Virus record (IMG/VR): IMGVR_UViG_3300020195_000009
Location: 222,006 to 286,005 of that record
Strand: one strand, 5' to 3'
DNA length: 64,000 nt
Shown here: positions 60,030 through 64,000 of the stretch, one piece after another
Layout of the letters: every line of letters starts with the position of its first letter
Numbering within the stretch: position 1 is the stretch's first letter
The notes under the pieces: generated by a model
Told to the model about the DNA's origin: nothing
The model's input: only the letters and a program-made list of their open reading frames with translations
The model's database searches: none
Position numbers and translations under genes: made by a program

Positions 60030-63000
60030 TTGCTCCCCAGCGTCATGAGGGAAGTGGCGACCTGGCCGAAGGCACTTCGCACGCTGGAGATCGCCAGCTC
60101 GGCTTCAGATGAGACCCTGGAGATCAAACACGGCCTGTACAAGGCATCTGCGAAGCTACGCTCGACCTCCGGTCCTGTGATTGTCATCGGTTGCTTTGAG
60201 GTTGAGAAGCTCGATGGTGAACGTTGGCGGTGCAAGAACACCCTCACGACCTACGAGCACGTCTCGTACGGGACCGAGGCGGAGATCCGGGAGCTACTCG
60301 AAGCTCAGACCGTCTCCTGGAATCGCCGCCTGGAACCCAAGGCAAGCGGGAAGAGTGCTCGCCTCAGTAGCTCCAAGTGGAGTACCCAGAACACGGCCGA
60401 GGTCGCCCGCTTGAAGCAAGAGAAAGAGAAGGGCAAGTGACGGTCCACTATCTCGCCAACCAGATTCCAGGTTCGAGAGTATCGGAGCCTGCCCCATGAT
60501 CTGCCCGAAGTGTGGGGGAGCTATCAAGCCCTGGCATTGGGAGGGTGACGGCGGCTACCGGGGTATTCAGTGCATAGGATGCGGTCAACAGTGGTGGTCT
60601 GGATCCCTCGTCAAGACGTTCCACGACGTGGGACCAGATCCGAGCCGCTGAACCAACCTCAACCCACCGGATGTATTCCCGCAAATGACGCAAGATGAAG
60701 TCCGGGCTATCAAGATAGCCTTCCAGCATCAATTGACGGCCTCCAGCGTCCCGCCCTGGCTCCGAGGCGTCGGCATCGGGAAGGACGAGCAGGGCTACTA
60801 CATCAAGGTCAACACGGGAGAGGCCCTCCCCGAAGGGATCGTAGCCTCATCATTCAACGGTGTACGCATCGTCCAAGATGTCGTGGGGGACATCCGAGCC
60901 CATGAGACCTGACCTCCCCGAAGTCCTCGTCATCAAAGAGGGAACCACTGCCGAAGAGCTTGGAGCCTACCTCCAAGGCGGCCCGATGCCCGAAGGAGCC
61001 CCCCTCCCCATGAAGACGGTCGAAGACGAAGAGACCGGCAAGACCCAGCTCAAGCCCGACAACGACTGGGGGTGTATCTTCTGTACCAGCTTCGTTTGCG
61101 GCAACTGCTACTCGCAGCACACGGAAGAGAAGCACCCGGAGAAGTACACGTGAACGCCGGATTCAAAGAAGCCAAACGCCCACATAAGAATGCACATGTG
61201 TTCACCGAGCCCTACAGGACGGCGTACAAGGCGCACCTCGAAGCCGTGATGGGTGAGGCGTTCCCCGTCCCGGTTCGCAAGCTGATGTTCGACGCCTTCA
61301 ACGCCGGCTGGGTCGCCAGCCGGCAAGTACCACCGACGAAGAGCCCATGACCATCCCCTCCAAGAAGACCCGAAAGATCGTCGTCAACACGCCGGGAGGA
61401 CCGCACCCCTTCCGTTGGATGGTCGGCTCAGGGAAAGGCCGCCTCATCGGCACGTCTGGCCCTGGACTCGTCCTCACCGTTCAAGCCAACGGTCCCCACG
61501 GGGGCGTCTTCCAAATGCACCTGTTTTCCAAGGCTTACACCCTCCAGAACGACTACGACGAAGAGCATACGGGGCTCAAGAGCACCCTCGGCCCCAAGGA
61601 CGTCAAGAAGGCCATCGAGTACGCCCTCAAGTCAGGTTGGGACCCCAACGACAAGAGGCAAAAAGGCGCACCGTTCAAGCCGAAGGGGCCTCTGGACCTC
61701 GGGGAGTACGAGCTGTGAGCCTGTTCAAGGTCGGCTTCCGTGGCTCAGGTGGTACCATCCTTCCCAAGGCGGTCGAGGCTGACTCCCCCGAAGGAGCCCT
61801 CCGAAAGATTGACGGCCCCACCTTGGAGAACACGGTGGCCTTGGTCGTTGGCAACGACGCTCTATCCTCGTTCCGTCGTGAGAACGGCACGTGGGTCCTC
61901 CTGGAGCAACGCAAATTCCCATGAGCTACTGGCTCCCAAACTTCCGAAGGGATGAGGCTTGGAAAGAGATAGCCAACCGTAAGCTCACCTCCGAAGAGAT
62001 CGCCCGTGAGTGCCACGACATCCGTTCGAGGCCTTGGCCCGAGATGACCAGGCTCCACATGAAGAACCTGTACTCGAAACCCCTTCGATGCGGCTTGCTC
62101 TTCAAGAGACCAACCGGGGAGGTCGATCCCGTCATCCAAGCGCAGTTCAACATCGGCATCGGGCCCAGCTTTTATGCCTCACCGGAAGCCCCTAAAGTCT
62201 CAACTTTCAAGACCTTGGAAGACCTCGTCACTGCCGGTTGGGTCGTGGATTAGCGATGGACGTCACCTACGCCCCTTCGTTTGAAAGGTTCCTGGACGCT
62301 CTCCGAGAACAAATACACAAGCACGGGCGGCCCTCCTGCCAAGCTAAGGATGACCCAAAGTCCCGTGCGATCGGCTTCACAAGCCCCGACGGTTGGTTCC
62401 TCATCCCCATCGGACCCCTCAAAGAGTGGGTCGCATGGCAGATGAAAGAACGAGAGGGACTCACCCGCATTGGCCCGAAGCAACTTGTCCAAGAAGCCCT
62501 CCAAACTGTCTGGGACGCAGCACCCTCATGAAGAAGCCCAAGCACCTCTCGACGCCGCTGTCCGAGTGCCTCCTCTTTGACCCCACGTCACCGGGTGGGG
62601 CCATTCATGATCTCGACCCGTTCGGCTCCTACCTCACCGGGGAAGCCGGTACCATCGTCTTGTTCCGGGTCTTCCTCGCGGTCGCCAAGAACACCAAGAG
62701 GTTCCTGGTCACCAGCTATGAAGGTGGGAACAGCCTCCTCCAGCACCGGGTCGACGGCAAGCTATTCTCTGGTGGAGCCCTCGATTTGAACGGGATCAAG
62801 AGCCACACCCACGTCAACGCCCTCCCCGACAACAGCGAACCCGAAGAGGTAGGGCGCCTTTGTTACTTCGACGGCTCGGGGACCCAGTCCTCCTGTCACC
62901 CGAAGCAATGGGGGGCGAAGAAGGCCACCCGAAGAGCCCGTAGAAGGGTCTCCAAGGTCGTCATCCGAGAGGGGCTGCAAGGGTGACGGCCTATCGCCCA

Positions 63001-63954
63001 CCGAACGAAATAGCCGAACTGCTCGTCATGCTCGTCGGCCGGCGGACCGCGATGGACCTATGTGCCATCGCCCCGTCCGTCACGGAGGACCCGCCAGGCA
63101 AGAGGGACCTTCACCACCGACTCACTGAGGTCACGGACAAGATTCTCGGCCCGGTACCCACGATGCCCCTCGAAGCCCTCGTGGAGCGGTTGGAGAAGGC
63201 TGCACCCCGTCTTCAAAAGGCGTGGGATGACGAGGACGCTCCGATTATCTTCGCTGCCCTTGCTGCCATGGTGGCGGACGTTCACGCCCCACAAGACCTC
63301 TTGACCGGACTCCAATGGGAGCGAGCTGAGGAGCTATTCAAGAGCTTGAATGAGGGTGAGCCCCGTGAGCCCCGCCCGTTCAACAACGATGATCCAAACG
63401 ACGGGTCGTTCAAGCGCTTCACCTGCGAATGCGGAACCTGCATCGAGGTTACCCCGACGTGGCGCAACACCCACAACAACCCCTGGTGGATCGAGACCTT
63501 CTGCTCAGAGAAGTGTGGGTGGAAGGCCCGTGGGGTCACCTTACGAGCTTGGGCAGAAGACGCCGAGAAGCCACGTGGGTAACGTTTTCCTCTTCCCGAT
63601 CCGGTGTAATTCATGCGGGAAGCTCGTCGAACAAGCCCGTAGGTGCTACGCCATCCCGACCTGCTTCACTTGCCTCCCGCCCCCCGAACCCCTGCCGATC
63701 TGTCCGATGAAGAAGCCCCGTTGCCCCCACACGACGGTAAACGACACCCCGATTGGCCTCGTCTGTGCCCGTTGCGGGGATGTCGTCAAACCAAAGAAGG
63801 CTCGCTCCAAGTGAGCCAAGAAGACCGAGCCAAGAAGAAGGCCGTGGCTACGACCAGTGAGGGCTGGGGTCGGGACCGGATGAACAAGACCCACCGCAAG
63901 GGCCGGAAGGGCGCCAAGAAGCAAGAGGGCCGAGCCCGACGAAGGGGTCTGTAA
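60030..63954 (+). other. co-oriented run of small hypothetical genes (e.g. 60685-60912, 60902-61153, 61347-61718, 61921-62253, 62528-62986, 62983-63582)
   Basis: Chains of overlapping start/stop codons; no recognisable domains. Confidence 0.5.
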
Positions 63955-64000
63955 GCTCCTCAACCCGTTCTTCTATGCGGCTAACCGCACCATCGAAACG

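Overview
This 64 kb window is GC-rich and reads as part of a large (jumbo-type) bacteriophage or phage-plasmid genome; the host is not identifiable from sequence. Positions 1-5.9 kb and 39.2-40.3 kb encode Gly/Thr-rich virion or tail-like proteins. The rest is a dense accessory region of small, mostly hypothetical genes. Recognisable ones include two GHKL-ATPase/HExxH proteins, an ADP-ribosylglycohydrolase, a macro domain, a SLOG protein, dihydroorotase, a PTH2-like protein, UNG, a PcfJ-like protein, two stand-alone receivers, a J-domain protein, a Ro60/TROVE remnant and a XerC/D-like recombinase. Patterns the ORF track does not explain: (1) a bipartite promoter, RGTTGAWTC-N13/14-GTGTY-N8-(+1), found 24 times by eye, which in 17 cases puts ATG at the predicted +1 (leaderless) and also bounds apparently shuffled gene cassettes; (2) a second motif, GGTGTA/C-N9/10-start; (3) two amber (CUA) suppressor tRNAs beside the PTH2-like gene; (4) several unannotated structured RNAs, including a ~430-nt GNRA-rich RNA and a 158-nt element next to the recombinase that is predicted to be transcribed from both ends by convergent copies of the same promoter, inside an iteron-like repeat field; (5) a short motif, [KPR]-T-R-F-[EDN]-R, at the C-termini of about ten unrelated small proteins and forming the core of a 26-aa microprotein. 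All motif counts and pairings were read by eye and need computational confirmation.
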